Below are positions 21,727-32,391 of a DNA stretch of 64,000 bases, in pieces. This DNA comes from Candidatus Moraniibacteriota bacterium (lineage in GTDB: Bacteria > Patescibacteriota > Minisyncoccia > Moranbacterales > UBA9337), in the NCBI GenBank assembly GCA_028695135.1, contig JAQVJM010000003.1:2571-66570 (forward strand), written 5' to 3'. Made by a program: the position numbers and the translations under genes. The first letter of the stretch is position 1; each line of letters begins with the position of its first letter. The notes beneath the pieces were generated by a model. It ran no database searches. It saw nothing but the letters and a program-made list of their open reading frames with translations, and was not told the DNA's origin.

Positions 21727-22701
21727 ATGGCTCAAAACTACGGACTGGGAAGAGGATTATCGTCTTTGATACCCCAGAAAAAAATAAATAACGATGATTC
21801 GGATATTTCCTCAAAAGAAGATTCTCAAGAAAAAGAGCCCAAAAAGCGTCCCACTACCAGCTTCGGCTTTCCTTATCTGGGAGATACCAAGACGGCTTTT
21901 TCTAAAAAAGAGGAGATCGGAAAGAGCGATAAGATGGTTTTGGAAGCGGACATAAATGACATAATTACCAATCCCTACCAGCCCAGGATTGATTTTGACA
22001 AAGAAAAATTAAGCGAGCTGGCTAATTCTTTGAAGAATCACGGAATCATCCAGCCGCTTTTGGTTAGCAGAAAAGGAGAAAAGTTTGAATTGGTGGCGGG
22101 GGAGAGAAGATTGCAGGCGGCAAAGCTGGCGGGAATAACGAAAGTGCCAGTGATAGTAAAAGCGGTGGAGAATAAAGAAAAATTGGAGCTAGCCATAATT
22201 GAAAATGTGCAAAGGCACAACTTAAATCCCATAGAAGAGGCAAAAGCTTATCATAAGTTAATAATGGAATTTAAGATGAATCAGGAAGAAGTGGCGGATA
22301 AAATGGGCAAGAGCCGCAGTTCGGTCGCCAACAAGATAAGATTGCTGGGCCTCTCGATAGATGCCGTTAGAGCGCTTAATGAAGGGAAAATAACGGAGGG
22401 ACATGCTAAAATTATTCTATCTCTGGAAGACAAAGAAAAACAAAAAATACTTCTGGATATGATTTTGGAAAAACAACTGACCGTTCGCCAAGCTGAGAAT
22501 AAAATTAATGAAATTTCTAACAGTTTGCGAAAAAGAAAAGCGATCGTTGATCCGGAGATAAGGGATTTGGAAGAGAAATTCAGTTCGGCGCTAGGAACCA
22601 GAGTAAAAGTGAAAAGAATGGGAAAGGAGGGCGGAAGGATAATGATTGATTATTATTCCAAAGAGGAGCTTAACGGGATAGCTCGGAAAATTGAAATATA
22701 A
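21727..22701 (+). CDS. parB: ParB/Spo0J partition protein
   Basis: GLGRGL, NPYQPR, AGERR, ENVQR, HTH; ATG 21727 preferred. Confidence 0.95.
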   Translation: MAQNYGLGRGLSSLIPQKKINNDDSDISSKEDSQEKEPKKRPTTSFGFPYLGDTKTAFSKKEEIGKSDKMVLEADINDIITNPYQPRIDFDKEKLSELANSLKNHGIIQPLLVSRKGEKFELVAGERRLQAAKLAGITKVPVIVKAVENKEKLELAIIENVQRHNLNPIEEAKAYHKLIMEFKMNQEEVADKMGKSRSSVANKIRLLGLSIDAVRALNEGKITEGHAKIILSLEDKEKQKILLDMILEKQLTVRQAENKINEISNSLRKRKAIVDPEIRDLEEKFSSALGTRVKVKRMGKEGGRIMIDYYSKEELNGIARKIEI

Positions 22702-22749
22702 TTTTAATTAAAGTTTTTTTGAAATCTCTCCTCAAGAGAGATTTTTTTA

Positions 22750-24243
22750 TCAAGAATTTTCCCCCTCAGGTTTTTTGGCGTTCCTTTTAATATTGCTTCT
22801 GGCAATGGAAGTTTTTACAAATTCCAGCCATTTGGGATTGGGAGCCCTGTTTGTTTTCGAAGTCATTATCTCTATCATCTGTCCGTTTTGGATTTTGTAA
22901 TCCAGAGGAACCATTTTACCGTCAGCCTTGGCTCCGGATATGGAATTTCCAATTTCGGTGTGAATCGCGTAGGCGAAATCCACTGGCGTAGCTTCTTCAG
23001 GAAGATCGATGACGTCTCCTCGGGGAGTGATTGCAAAAATTCTATTTTTAAAAAAGTCTATTTTTAGCCCTTCCAAAAACTCCGTATTATCTTTTCCAAT
23101 TTCTGTCTGCCATTCGCGCAATTGCTTCAGCCAGACCAGTTCTTTTTCCGAAAAAGTTTCCTTAGGACGGAAATAATCTCTCCAATTCCTTTTTTTCTTA
23201 TTTTCGTTATATATCCAGTGAGAAGCGATACCGAATTCAGCCTCGTTGTGCATCTTTTCTGTGCGTATCTGGATTTCCATTATTTTTCCTTCCGGTCCGA
23301 AAATGGTCGTATGGATCGATTGATATCCGTTAGGCTTTGGGAGAGAAATGTAATCCTTGATCCTTCCTACCATGGGGCGGTATTTTTTGTGAACCAGACC
23401 TAATGTCTCATAGCAGTCGGCAATAGAGGGAACTATTATCCTGATGGCAATCAAGTCATAGATTCTTCCTATATTCATATCGTATCTTTTCAATTTTAAA
23501 TAAAGGCTGTGGAGGTGTTTAGCGCGTCCATATATCCGGACATATTCTATGCCGTTCTTTTTTAAGTCCTTTTCCAAATCTCTAATGGCTTGCTTTATGA
23601 ATTTTTCTCCTTCTCTATAATAAGTGTCTCGCAGATTCTTTACGTTTTTATATTCCTTGGGCTTTAGAAATTTAAAGGAAAGATCTTCCAGTTCGGCTTT
23701 GAATTCTCCGATTCCTAATCTGTCGGCCAAAGGAACAAATATCTCCATGGTCTCATTGGCGATTCTCAGCTGTTTGTCGCGCGGATTAAACTGAAGCGTT
23801 CTCATATTGTGTACTCTATCGGCCAGTTTTATTATGACCACCCTGATATCAGCTGCCATTGCCAGAAACATCTTTCTCAGATTTTCCAGAAGATACTCTT
23901 CTTTGGTTTCCCTTAGCTTAATTTTCCCCAACTTGGTTATGCCCTCCACCATATCATGGATCTCCTGTCCGAATTCTCTCTTGATTTCTTCCAATGTAAT
24001 GTTGGTGTCTTCCGGCACGTCATGAAGCAATCCGGCAGCGATAGTCTTGGAGCCCATTCCGATGTCGGCCAATATTTTGGCGGATGCGATAGAGTGTTGG
24101 AAATAGTCTTCCCCTGATCGTCTTTTTTGTCCGGCGTGGGCTTTTTGGGCAAAATCAAAAGCCTTGGTTATCAAAGCTTTTCTCTCATGGGTAAGAGGGA
24201 GCTTAAATGACTTTAAAATATCATTTATCGTTAAGTTATTCAT
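22750..24243 (-). CDS. rel: Bifunctional (p)ppGpp synthetase/hydrolase (HD-SYNTH-TGS, no ACT)
   Basis: LLHDVPED, KLADR.HNMRT, RIKDY, KPNGYQS.HT, EIQIRT, TGS DFAYAIHT; start may lie up to 24294. Confidence 0.93.
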   Translation of the reverse strand: MNNLTINDILKSFKLPLTHERKALITKAFDFAQKAHAGQKRRSGEDYFQHSIASAKILADIGMGSKTIAAGLLHDVPEDTNITLEEIKREFGQEIHDMVEGITKLGKIKLRETKEEYLLENLRKMFLAMAADIRVVIIKLADRVHNMRTLQFNPRDKQLRIANETMEIFVPLADRLGIGEFKAELEDLSFKFLKPKEYKNVKNLRDTYYREGEKFIKQAIRDLEKDLKKNGIEYVRIYGRAKHLHSLYLKLKRYDMNIGRIYDLIAIRIIVPSIADCYETLGLVHKKYRPMVGRIKDYISLPKPNGYQSIHTTIFGPEGKIMEIQIRTEKMHNEAEFGIASHWIYNENKKKRNWRDYFRPKETFSEKELVWLKQLREWQTEIGKDNTEFLEGLKIDFFKNRIFAITPRGDVIDLPEEATPVDFAYAIHTEIGNSISGAKADGKMVPLDYKIQNGQMIEIMTSKTNRAPNPKWLEFVKTSIARSNIKRNAKKPEGENS

Positions 24244-24420
24244 TTTTTTTATGTTTAACATTATTAGTATAATCAATAAGCACCTTATAATCAAGAAAAT
24301 TACTTAAAGATATCAATTTTAAAAGCATTTTAAATATTTTTTTGTTTTTAATATAGATGAGAATTTTTTGAATCTTATAAAAAACAAACGTTGACGAAGG
24401 TGATAATTTTTTATAAAATA

Positions 24421-24605
24421 GGAAGGTCGCGCAAAATTCTTAGAAGATCGGGTTTGTCCGACTTTTGAGGAGCGGATACTTTTGTTGGGTTATTTTTTGG
24501 GAGGAGAAAATTTCGTATCGATCCTCAAATCACGGAAGAATAATCTGATGCGCCATCCAATGTTGGCCGGTAAATCAACGCATTTATTTTCAGAAAAAAC
24601 CTTCC
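24421..24605 (+). ncRNA. Candidate structured ncRNA (~185 nt, 6S-like size)
   Basis: TTGACG promoter at 24391; closing GGAAGGT/ACCTTCC; long inner stem with plus-strand GU pairs; downstream terminator. Confidence 0.45.
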
Positions 24606-24617
24606 GTTTTTGTTTTG

Positions 24618-24666
24618 AAAAGCGCGATATTTATTTTTCTCAGCGAAGAAAATTATCGCGCTTTTT
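24618..24666. terminator. Bidirectional-type intrinsic terminator
   Basis: aaaagcgcgata ... tatcgcgcttttt. Confidence 0.65.
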
Positions 24667-24731
24667 CCGATATTTTTTATTTTTTGGTGTCCGTTATGTT
24701 TATTTTTCGGAAAGATAGGCATAAAAAAAAC

Positions 24732-24757
24732 AGGGACAGGCTTAAACCTGTCCCTAC
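24732..24757. repeat. GTAG-type REP hairpin
   Basis: Minus strand GTAGGGACAGG-TTTAAG-CCTGTCCCT. Confidence 0.6.
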
Positions 24758-24789
24758 GATGAATTTTATATTATTAGATCAAAAAACAC

Positions 24790-26961
24790 CTATTTCTTTT
24801 CTAGCTTATCGGGCCTGTTATTCGGACAATTTTTATCAGAGCATCTTTCAGGAATAGTTTTGGTGCCTTGCATCATTAGGGATCCGCAAGTCGGGCATTT
24901 CTTTCCGGTCGGCTTGGCATTGATCGCATATTTGCAATCAGGATAATTCGAGCAGGCATAGAATGTTCCGAAACGTCCTCGTTTTTCCGTCATTTCGCCA
25001 TCTACGCATTTCGGACACTTGACCCCGGTATTTTTTTTGGCGGCTTCCTTGGGATCTTCTTTTATATATTTGCACTTGGGAAAATTACTACAAGAAATAA
25101 ATTTTCCAAATCGTCCTTCTCTAGTGACAAGTTTTCCATCTTCACATTGCGGACATTTTTCCCCGGTCTCTTTCGGTCCTTCCAATTTTTTGCCATCAAT
25201 CGTTCTGGCGCCTTGGCAATCGGGAAACTTTTCACAACTCAGAAACTTTCCGGTTTTCCCCAGTTTTATTATCATCGATCCTTTGCATTCGGGACATTTG
25301 AACTTGCTGTCGGCTTTTCCCAAGTTGGTGATTTTTTCCATCTTTTCTTTTGATCTTACATCTTTGTCGAATGGCGCGTAAAATTCTTTCAGGATCTCAA
25401 CGTATTTTCTTTTTCCTTCCGCAATCTCATCTAGCTCGTTTTCCATTTTAGCCGTGAAAGAGTCGCTGATATATTTGTTGAAATTTTCATTCAAGAAATC
25501 GCTTACGATTTCTCCTGTGTCGGTCGGCTTTAACGCACGACCTTCTTTTGCGGTGTAATTTCTATCCCTGAGAGTTTTGATGATTGTTGCGTAAGTCGAA
25601 GGGCGCCCAATTCCTCTTTTTTCCAATTCTTTTATAAGTCCAGCTTCCGTGTAGCGCGGAGGGGGAAGTGTCTCTTTTTCGAGAGATTCTATCCTTATCA
25701 ATTCCAATTTATCACCTTTTTTCACTTTGGGAAGTTCGATATTTTCTTTTTTGGCGGAAGGATCGGCCAAAAGCCATCCGGGAACAAGCACGCGAAATCC
25801 GCGAGTGAAGAAATCTGGGATTTTTTTATCGGTCTCAATCCCTACTATAAGTTTCAGGCTCAAAGTGTTGGCTTCAACCATTTGAGAAGCTACGGTTCTT
25901 TGCCAAATGAGCTCGTACAGTTTTTTTTGTTCTTCATTTGATCCGGCAATTTCTTTCCGCATATCTGTGGGGCGGATGCCCTCATGGGCTTCTTGAGCCG
26001 ATTTTCTCTTTGATCTGAAGACCCTAGGCTTGAGATTTTCTTTTCCGAATTTTTTACTTACGACTCCGGCGATCTGCTTCATCGCCACATTGCTTAAAGT
26101 GGGGCTATCGGTTCTCATATAAGTGATGAGTCCGGCCTCATAAAGCCTTTGAGCCAGAAACATAGTTTTTGAAGGAGCCAGTCCCAAGCGAGAGCTGGCA
26201 GCTTGTTGGAGGGTGGAAGTTATAAAAGGAGGATAAGGCATTCTCTGTAATTCCTTTTGCTGGATGTCTTTTACTTTCCAATAATTTTTCTTTCCGGCTT
26301 CGATTATTTCGGCTACAATTTTTTTATCTCGCGGTTCGTCAAAGCAGGTGGCGGAAAATTCTTTTTTATCGGAATTTTTTAAATCAGCGACGATTGTCCA
26401 GAATTTTTCCGGTTTGAAATTACTGATTTCTTTTTCTCTTTCGACGATTATGCGCAATGCCGGAGATTGTACTCTTCCCGCACTGAGTCCGTAGCGGACT
26501 TTTTTCCAGATAAGCCCGGATAAGTCATAGCCGAAAAGCCTGTCGAGGACCCGTCTGGCTTCTTGGGCGCTTTTCAAATCCAGATCAATTTTTCTCGGAT
26601 GTTTCATGGCTTCGGCTATCGCCGGTTTGGTTATTTCGTTAAAAACTATCCTTTTGGGATTTTTGAGTTCCAACGCTTCTTTCAAATGCCAAGCGATGGC
26701 TTCTCCTTCCCGATCCGGATCAGTTGCCAAAAGAACCTCAGAAGCTTTGCTGGCTGATTTTTTGAGGTCGGAGATGATTTTTTTCTTGTCTTCGAGTATT
26801 TCGTAATAGGGAACGAATCCTTTTTCTATATTGATGGCTAACCTGTTGCTTTTTGGAAGATCGCGGACATGGCCGACGGAAGATTTTACCTCGTAATCTT
26901 TTCCAAGGTATTTCTTGATCGTTTTTGATTTTGAGGGTGACTCGACGATGACTAGTTTCAT
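24790..26961 (-). CDS. topA: DNA topoisomerase I with C-terminal zinc ribbons
   Basis: LVIVESP.K, ATDPDREGE, SAGRVQ, ITYMRTD, repeated CP.C ribbons. Confidence 0.97.
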   Translation of the reverse strand: MKLVIVESPSKSKTIKKYLGKDYEVKSSVGHVRDLPKSNRLAINIEKGFVPYYEILEDKKKIISDLKKSASKASEVLLATDPDREGEAIAWHLKEALELKNPKRIVFNEITKPAIAEAMKHPRKIDLDLKSAQEARRVLDRLFGYDLSGLIWKKVRYGLSAGRVQSPALRIIVEREKEISNFKPEKFWTIVADLKNSDKKEFSATCFDEPRDKKIVAEIIEAGKKNYWKVKDIQQKELQRMPYPPFITSTLQQAASSRLGLAPSKTMFLAQRLYEAGLITYMRTDSPTLSNVAMKQIAGVVSKKFGKENLKPRVFRSKRKSAQEAHEGIRPTDMRKEIAGSNEEQKKLYELIWQRTVASQMVEANTLSLKLIVGIETDKKIPDFFTRGFRVLVPGWLLADPSAKKENIELPKVKKGDKLELIRIESLEKETLPPPRYTEAGLIKELEKRGIGRPSTYATIIKTLRDRNYTAKEGRALKPTDTGEIVSDFLNENFNKYISDSFTAKMENELDEIAEGKRKYVEILKEFYAPFDKDVRSKEKMEKITNLGKADSKFKCPECKGSMIIKLGKTGKFLSCEKFPDCQGARTIDGKKLEGPKETGEKCPQCEDGKLVTREGRFGKFISCSNFPKCKYIKEDPKEAAKKNTGVKCPKCVDGEMTEKRGRFGTFYACSNYPDCKYAINAKPTGKKCPTCGSLMMQGTKTIPERCSDKNCPNNRPDKLEKK

Positions 26962-27048
26962 AATTTAGAATTTGGAATTTAGAAGTTAGAAGTTTGAATC
27001 AGTTTTAACTAAATGATTGAGAATTGAATTAAAATTTATAATTTAAAA

Positions 27049-28125
27049 TTAAATTAATATATAATTTTGTCCGCCGATATCTCTGATCATCCCTTTCATT
27101 TCCAAAATGGCCAAAGTTGAAGACGCGACACTGGTTTTCAGTTTAGCCAGTTTAATTATTCTGTCAATGTGAGTAGGTTCGCTTGATAATATGTCTATGA
27201 TATTTTTTTCCTCGATTGATTCGGGAATAATTTTTTTGGCGCTTTTCTCCATTTTTTTTCTTTCCAAGTTGAGTTCTTCCAAAATATCGCTTACTCCCGC
27301 GACTAATTTTGCCCCTGATCTTATAAGGCGGTTGGCTCCCATCGAAGTTTGGGAAAAAATCGATCCAGGAACGGCGAAGACTTCCCTGTTAAAATCCAAA
27401 GCCAGGCTGGCGGTTATGAGCGTGCCGCTTTTTTCAGCGGCTTCTATCACGACTGTTCCCAATGTCATTCCGGCCATAATTCTATTTCGGGAAGGGAAAG
27501 TTCCGACTGCGGCCGGAGTTGGCAGAGGGTAATCGCTTACGAGAACGCCGTTTTCCATGATGCGCCTTGAGAGATTGAAATTTTCTCTGGGCCCGATATT
27601 CATGTCATCCAAACTGCTTCCGAGAACGGCGATGGTCTTTCCTCCGGCTTCCAGCGCTCCGCGATGAGCGATTGCGTCTATTCCCAAAGCCATTCCGGAT
27701 ACAACCGTAATTCCGGAAACAGCCAGGTCGCGAGAGAGGGAATAAGCGACCTGCTTTCCATAGCTGGTCATTTTTCTCGATCCCACTATGGCTACCATAG
27801 GACTGGTGTTAAAATCAAGATTCCCTTTTTTGTAAATCAAATAAGGAGCGCTGGGGATCTCTTTTAAAAGCTCGGGATATTCATCGTCGGATATTGATGA
27901 AACTCTTATATTTTCTTTTTTAAGATAATTCCATTCCGTGTCGGGATCCAATTTGGCGCGCTCATTTATTATATTTAAAGCTGTTTTTTCATCGATGCCG
28001 CTTTTTAGAAGTTCATCTTTTCCGGATGACCAAATTTTTTCTCCGCTCTTAAAATATTCGGAAAGTATTTTAATTTTTTTGTGTCCTATTCCGCTTATTT
28101 TATTAAGAGCGTTTAAATATTTCAT
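27049..28125 (-). CDS. dprA: DNA-protecting protein DprA
   Basis: AIVGSR, VSGMALGID..AH, FP.RNRI, EAA..SGTLITA, C-terminal wHTH. Confidence 0.96.
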   Translation of the reverse strand: MKYLNALNKISGIGHKKIKILSEYFKSGEKIWSSGKDELLKSGIDEKTALNIINERAKLDPDTEWNYLKKENIRVSSISDDEYPELLKEIPSAPYLIYKKGNLDFNTSPMVAIVGSRKMTSYGKQVAYSLSRDLAVSGITVVSGMALGIDAIAHRGALEAGGKTIAVLGSSLDDMNIGPRENFNLSRRIMENGVLVSDYPLPTPAAVGTFPSRNRIMAGMTLGTVVIEAAEKSGTLITASLALDFNREVFAVPGSIFSQTSMGANRLIRSGAKLVAGVSDILEELNLERKKMEKSAKKIIPESIEEKNIIDILSSEPTHIDRIIKLAKLKTSVASSTLAILEMKGMIRDIGGQNYILI

Positions 28126-28295
28126 TTTTCATTTTTATTTATGCAACAATACTCTCAGTATAGCATAAAGTTTTTATAAAAGTGGAATTTTTTTTATTTT
28201 TGAAGTAATATGGAGTGGCAAGGCCGGTTTTTCAAACAGCGTCATTTTTCTAAAATTTTTTTATTTCCCTCATTATCCATGATGGGAGAATCAAA

Positions 28296-28925
28296 ATGGA
28301 TAGATATCAAAAAATACAATATTATACTTCGATATTCTTAAAGATCCTTATAGGCGCGCTTGTTCTTATAAGTGCGATCCGTCAGGATATCTTTTTGGTG
28401 TTCACTTCGCTTCTGGTCTTGTTTTTGAGTTTTACTCCCGCAATTATAACACGAAACTTTAAAGTAAAAATTCCCATAGAGGTGGATTTTGTCCTTACAA
28501 TCATTCTATATTTATGTTACGGACTGGGAGAATACAGCGGATTCTATGTAAAAATTTGGTGGTGGGATCTGTTTCTTCATTTTGGAAACAGCATAGTTCT
28601 TGGAATGGTGGGCTTTATCTTTGCATATTCCCTTCTTTTAACGAGCAAAATTTCCGCCAAGCCTATTTTGATATCAGTGTTCGCCCTCTCGTTCTCTGTC
28701 CTTGTGGGAGTAATATGGGAGATATTCGAGTTCGGGATGGATAGCCTTTTCGGATTTACGATGCAAAAAAGCGGACTGGTGGATACTATGACCGATCTGA
28801 TAGTCAATTTTTTCGGCGCTTCGATCGTAAGTGTTTTTGGATTTATGCACCTGAGAAAACCGGAGCATGGATTATTTGAAAAAATTTTAAGGATATTTGT
28901 AAAGAACAAATCTTATGAAAAATAG
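28296..28925 (+). CDS. Membrane protein (DUF2238/VanZ-like motifs)
   Basis: WWD..LH, WEIFEF..D, DTM.DL..N; several TMs. Confidence 0.6.
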   Translation: MDRYQKIQYYTSIFLKILIGALVLISAIRQDIFLVFTSLLVLFLSFTPAIITRNFKVKIPIEVDFVLTIILYLCYGLGEYSGFYVKIWWWDLFLHFGNSIVLGMVGFIFAYSLLLTSKISAKPILISVFALSFSVLVGVIWEIFEFGMDSLFGFTMQKSGLVDTMTDLIVNFFGASIVSVFGFMHLRKPEHGLFEKILRIFVKNKSYEK

Positions 28926-30594
28926 GATCAAGGAAATTTTGAAAGAAATTGTAAAGAAGAAGTGGAGAGATTTTGACGTGGAAAAAATTGAAGTTAGCTA
29001 TCCTAGTGATGAAAAGTTCGGAGATTTTACCACTAACGTTTCCATGATGCTGGCTAATTTTACCAAGAAGGACCCGATTGAAATTGCCGAGCAGATAAAG
29101 GAAGATAAAAGTTTAATTGATGTCGAAGATTTGGCGAAAATAGAGATTGTTCATCCAGGCTATATCAATTTCTATCTATCGAATAAATATTTCGCTAAAG
29201 AGATAAATGATATTTTAAAAAAAGATAAGGAATGGGGAAAGCTTGAAATAAATTCCGGGAAAAAATATCTATTTGAGCATTCATCTCCCAATCTTTTTAA
29301 GCCTTTTCATATCGGTCATCTGGTAAATAATTCGATCGGAGAATCTCTTGTGAGAATTCTTAAAAAATCCGGAACCGAAGTGATGACTCTTTCTTTCCCT
29401 TCAGATGTTTCTCCCGGCATAGCCAAGACGGTCTGGGCGATAAAAAACAAGGGGTGGGAAAATGATATGACGATCGGAAAAATTGGAGAGGCTTACGTTT
29501 TTGGAACGGCGAAGTATAATGAGGATGAAGGGATAAAAAAAGAAGTTGACGAAATAAATCATAAGATATACGGGAAAGGTGAATTTGAAGAAAAAGATAT
29601 TTATGAGAAAGGACAAAAAATATCCCTTGATTATTTCAGAAAAATTACGAAAAGGCTGGGATCGGATTTTGATGATCTTATTTTTGAGTCGGAAGCTGAA
29701 AAAGCAGGGAAAGAAGTGGTCGAAAAAAATATCCCTTCTGTTTTTGAAAAATCGGACGGAGCAGTTATTTTTCCCGGTTCGAAATACGGTCTTTTTGACA
29801 ATGTTTTCATAAATTCCAACGGATTTGGAACTTATCTTGCTAAGGATATCGGTCTTTTGAAAATAAAATTTGAAAAATTTGATTTTGACAAATCCATAAC
29901 AATAACTGATGTTGAGCAAAAGGATCATTTTCGTCTGGTAGAAAAGTCTGCCGAACTGATAAATAAAGATTGGTCGGAAAAGAGCGAATTCATACAGCAT
30001 GGAAGATTGAATTTTGTCCAGGAAAAAATTTCTTCCAGGTACGGAAATGTTCCTTTGGCGGAAGACCTGATAAGAGATATAAAAGAAAAGGTTTTTGATA
30101 AAATTAAAGATCACGACCTTCTTGATAATAAGAAGAACGACATTGCTGAAAAAATTGCGGTCGGAGCACTTAAATATTCTATTTTAAAATCAAGCACCGG
30201 GAAAAACATAATTTTTGACTTCAACAAATCGATTGCCTTTGAGGGAGATTCCGGTCCTTATCTGCAATATACTTATGTAAGGGCGAGATCCATATTAAGA
30301 AATGTTCAAGATGTTAAAAATGTTAAAAATGTTCGAAATGTGCCGACGGTCGGGAAAAATGTTCTAAAATTTCCTCAGGCGATTGAAATGTCTTTAAAAA
30401 ATTATTCTCCGCATCATATCGCCAATTTTTTGTTTGAACTGGCATCCGAATTCAATTCTTTTTACTCGCATACCAAAGTTTTGGATGAAGAAAATCCGAA
30501 TTATGGATACAATTTGGCGCTGACTCAAGCTGTTGCAATAACTCTCAAAAACGGACTCGATCTTTTGGGAATTGAAACGGTGGAAAAAATGTGA
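28915..30594 (+). CDS. argS: Arginyl-tRNA synthetase
   Basis: EHSSPN..KPFHIGH, Y..KD, FEGDSGPYLQY...R, LLGI...EKM. Confidence 0.95.
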   Translation: MKNRIKEILKEIVKKKWRDFDVEKIEVSYPSDEKFGDFTTNVSMMLANFTKKDPIEIAEQIKEDKSLIDVEDLAKIEIVHPGYINFYLSNKYFAKEINDILKKDKEWGKLEINSGKKYLFEHSSPNLFKPFHIGHLVNNSIGESLVRILKKSGTEVMTLSFPSDVSPGIAKTVWAIKNKGWENDMTIGKIGEAYVFGTAKYNEDEGIKKEVDEINHKIYGKGEFEEKDIYEKGQKISLDYFRKITKRLGSDFDDLIFESEAEKAGKEVVEKNIPSVFEKSDGAVIFPGSKYGLFDNVFINSNGFGTYLAKDIGLLKIKFEKFDFDKSITITDVEQKDHFRLVEKSAELINKDWSEKSEFIQHGRLNFVQEKISSRYGNVPLAEDLIRDIKEKVFDKIKDHDLLDNKKNDIAEKIAVGALKYSILKSSTGKNIIFDFNKSIAFEGDSGPYLQYTYVRARSILRNVQDVKNVKNVRNVPTVGKNVLKFPQAIEMSLKNYSPHHIANFLFELASEFNSFYSHTKVLDEENPNYGYNLALTQAVAITLKNGLDLLGIETVEKM

Positions 30595-30672
30595 TTTTTT
30601 TATTTTTTTTAAATGTTTGAAAAAAGTTATTTGATATAGTATGCTGGAGATATAATAAATTAGCTGAAAAAT

Positions 30673-31863
30673 ATGAGAATAGGAATTGATGCCAGAATAA
30701 TACTCAATCCCCAAAAAGGTGAAGCCATAGGCGCGGGACATTATACCTATCAGCTCATTCGCCATCTTTTGGAAATTGACAAAAAAAACGAGTATGTCCT
30801 GTTTTTTGATTTCAAGGTGAGGGAAAAAGACGTTCGAAAATTTACGCGCGAAAATACAACCATAAGATTTTATCCTTTTTCCGATTACAAAAAATATCTG
30901 CCAGGAGCATATAATGAGATTCTGACAGCCGCTACTTTAAGAAAAGAAAAACTAGATGTTTTGCATTCAACTTCTCCGATGAGCCGGATACCTTTAAGTT
31001 ATAGAGGAAAGACGGTAGTTACTTTCCATGATATGGCGATTTATAAGATCCCCGATTGTTTTTCCAGAGCGGGAAGAGCCAAAAAAAAAGTCTCTTACAG
31101 CTTGATGGCCAATAAGGCCGATAAAATAATCGCCGTTTCCGATTCCATAAAAAAGGACGTGGAGGAAATATTTAAGTCCGGATCAAAAACCGAAGTCATT
31201 TACAGCGGATTGGATAGGAGATTTTTTGAAAATCCTGAAAGAGGCTCCGAGAGAGTCTTGGGAAAATTCGGCATAAAAAAGAAATATATAATATTTTTGG
31301 GAACGATAGAGCCGAGCAAAAATATAACGAGATTGCTCAATGCATTTGCCATTTTCAAGAAAAATAATATTCAGAAAAAAACAGAATCCGGAAGCAGAAA
31401 AGATTTTGATTACCAATTGATTCTTGCCGGGAAAAGAGGCTGGTTGGCTAAAGAATATTTACAGATTGCCAAAGATCTCGGATTGGGAAAAGATGTAATT
31501 TTTACCGGATACGTAATAGGTGACGAGCTGGTTCCTCTCCTAAAAGGTGCGGAATTTTTTATCCTACCTTCATTGTACGAAGGATTCGGCATGACGGTGC
31601 TCGAAGCTTTTGCTACGGGCGTGCCGACCATCGTTTCGGAAGCCGGGTCGCTCAAGGAAGTTGCGGGAGACGCTTCTTACTTCATAAATCCTATTGATAC
31701 GGAGGGCATTGCCGAAGCTATGGAAAAATTTTCGCAAGATGGAAGCCTGAGAGACATTTTCAGACAGAAGGGATTTGAACAGGTAAAAAAATTTGATTGG
31801 AACAAGGTTGCCAAAGAAACAATCGAAGTCTATAATCAAATAGTGGGTGCCGATAAAAAATAA
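30673..31863 (+). CDS. Glycosyltransferase family 4
   Basis: MRIGIDAR, GTIEP.KN, PSLYEGFG..VLEA. Confidence 0.9.
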   Translation: MRIGIDARIILNPQKGEAIGAGHYTYQLIRHLLEIDKKNEYVLFFDFKVREKDVRKFTRENTTIRFYPFSDYKKYLPGAYNEILTAATLRKEKLDVLHSTSPMSRIPLSYRGKTVVTFHDMAIYKIPDCFSRAGRAKKKVSYSLMANKADKIIAVSDSIKKDVEEIFKSGSKTEVIYSGLDRRFFENPERGSERVLGKFGIKKKYIIFLGTIEPSKNITRLLNAFAIFKKNNIQKKTESGSRKDFDYQLILAGKRGWLAKEYLQIAKDLGLGKDVIFTGYVIGDELVPLLKGAEFFILPSLYEGFGMTVLEAFATGVPTIVSEAGSLKEVAGDASYFINPIDTEGIAEAMEKFSQDGSLRDIFRQKGFEQVKKFDWNKVAKETIEVYNQIVGADKK

Positions 31864-31875
31864 AAAATAAAAATT

Positions 31876-32391
31876 ATGACAAATCAAAACATATTTTTGG
31901 GAGTAGTTGTTGGGATTTTGGCCGTAGGCGTTTTTTTGTTTTTCCAATTGGAAAAAGTTAACGGTCCCGGGGAAGAAATTGTCGCAGAGACAGAAATTTC
32001 CAAAAATGAGAATGCGACATCAAATAATTTAGAAGCAGAAGTTGACGAAAGCGGAAGTACGGCGGCAAGTAATCCGGAGGCAGAAGACGGAGAAGATAGC
32101 GCAAATGTCGATAGCCTTGTGGAACAGATAGTATACTATTACAGCTTAACTTGCGGTCATTGCAAGAATGTCAATGATTTTTTGGAGCAAAACAATATTG
32201 CCAGCAAGGTTAATTTTTTAAAAAAAGAGGTATCTCAAAATATAGAGAACGGGAGAGAATTAGCGGAAGCGGCTCAAAAATGCGGAATGAATCCCGGAAC
32301 AATCGGAGTTCCTTTCCTGTTTGCAAAAGGAAAGTGTTATATGGGAGGTCCGGATGTGGAAGGCTTCTTTAAGAAGGAAGCCGGATTATAG
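31876..32391 (+). CDS. Membrane-anchored thioredoxin/glutaredoxin-like protein
   Basis: N-terminal TM, acidic linker, CGHC, cis-Pro GVPF. Confidence 0.75.
   Translation: MTNQNIFLGVVVGILAVGVFLFFQLEKVNGPGEEIVAETEISKNENATSNNLEAEVDESGSTAASNPEAEDGEDSANVDSLVEQIVYYYSLTCGHCKNVNDFLEQNNIASKVNFLKKEVSQNIENGRELAEAAQKCGMNPGTIGVPFLFAKGKCYMGGPDVEGFFKKEAGL

Noticed and set aside
24482-24857. Three short ORFs between rel and topA
   Set aside because: They run across hairpins, a terminator and a REP; a non-coding reading fits better
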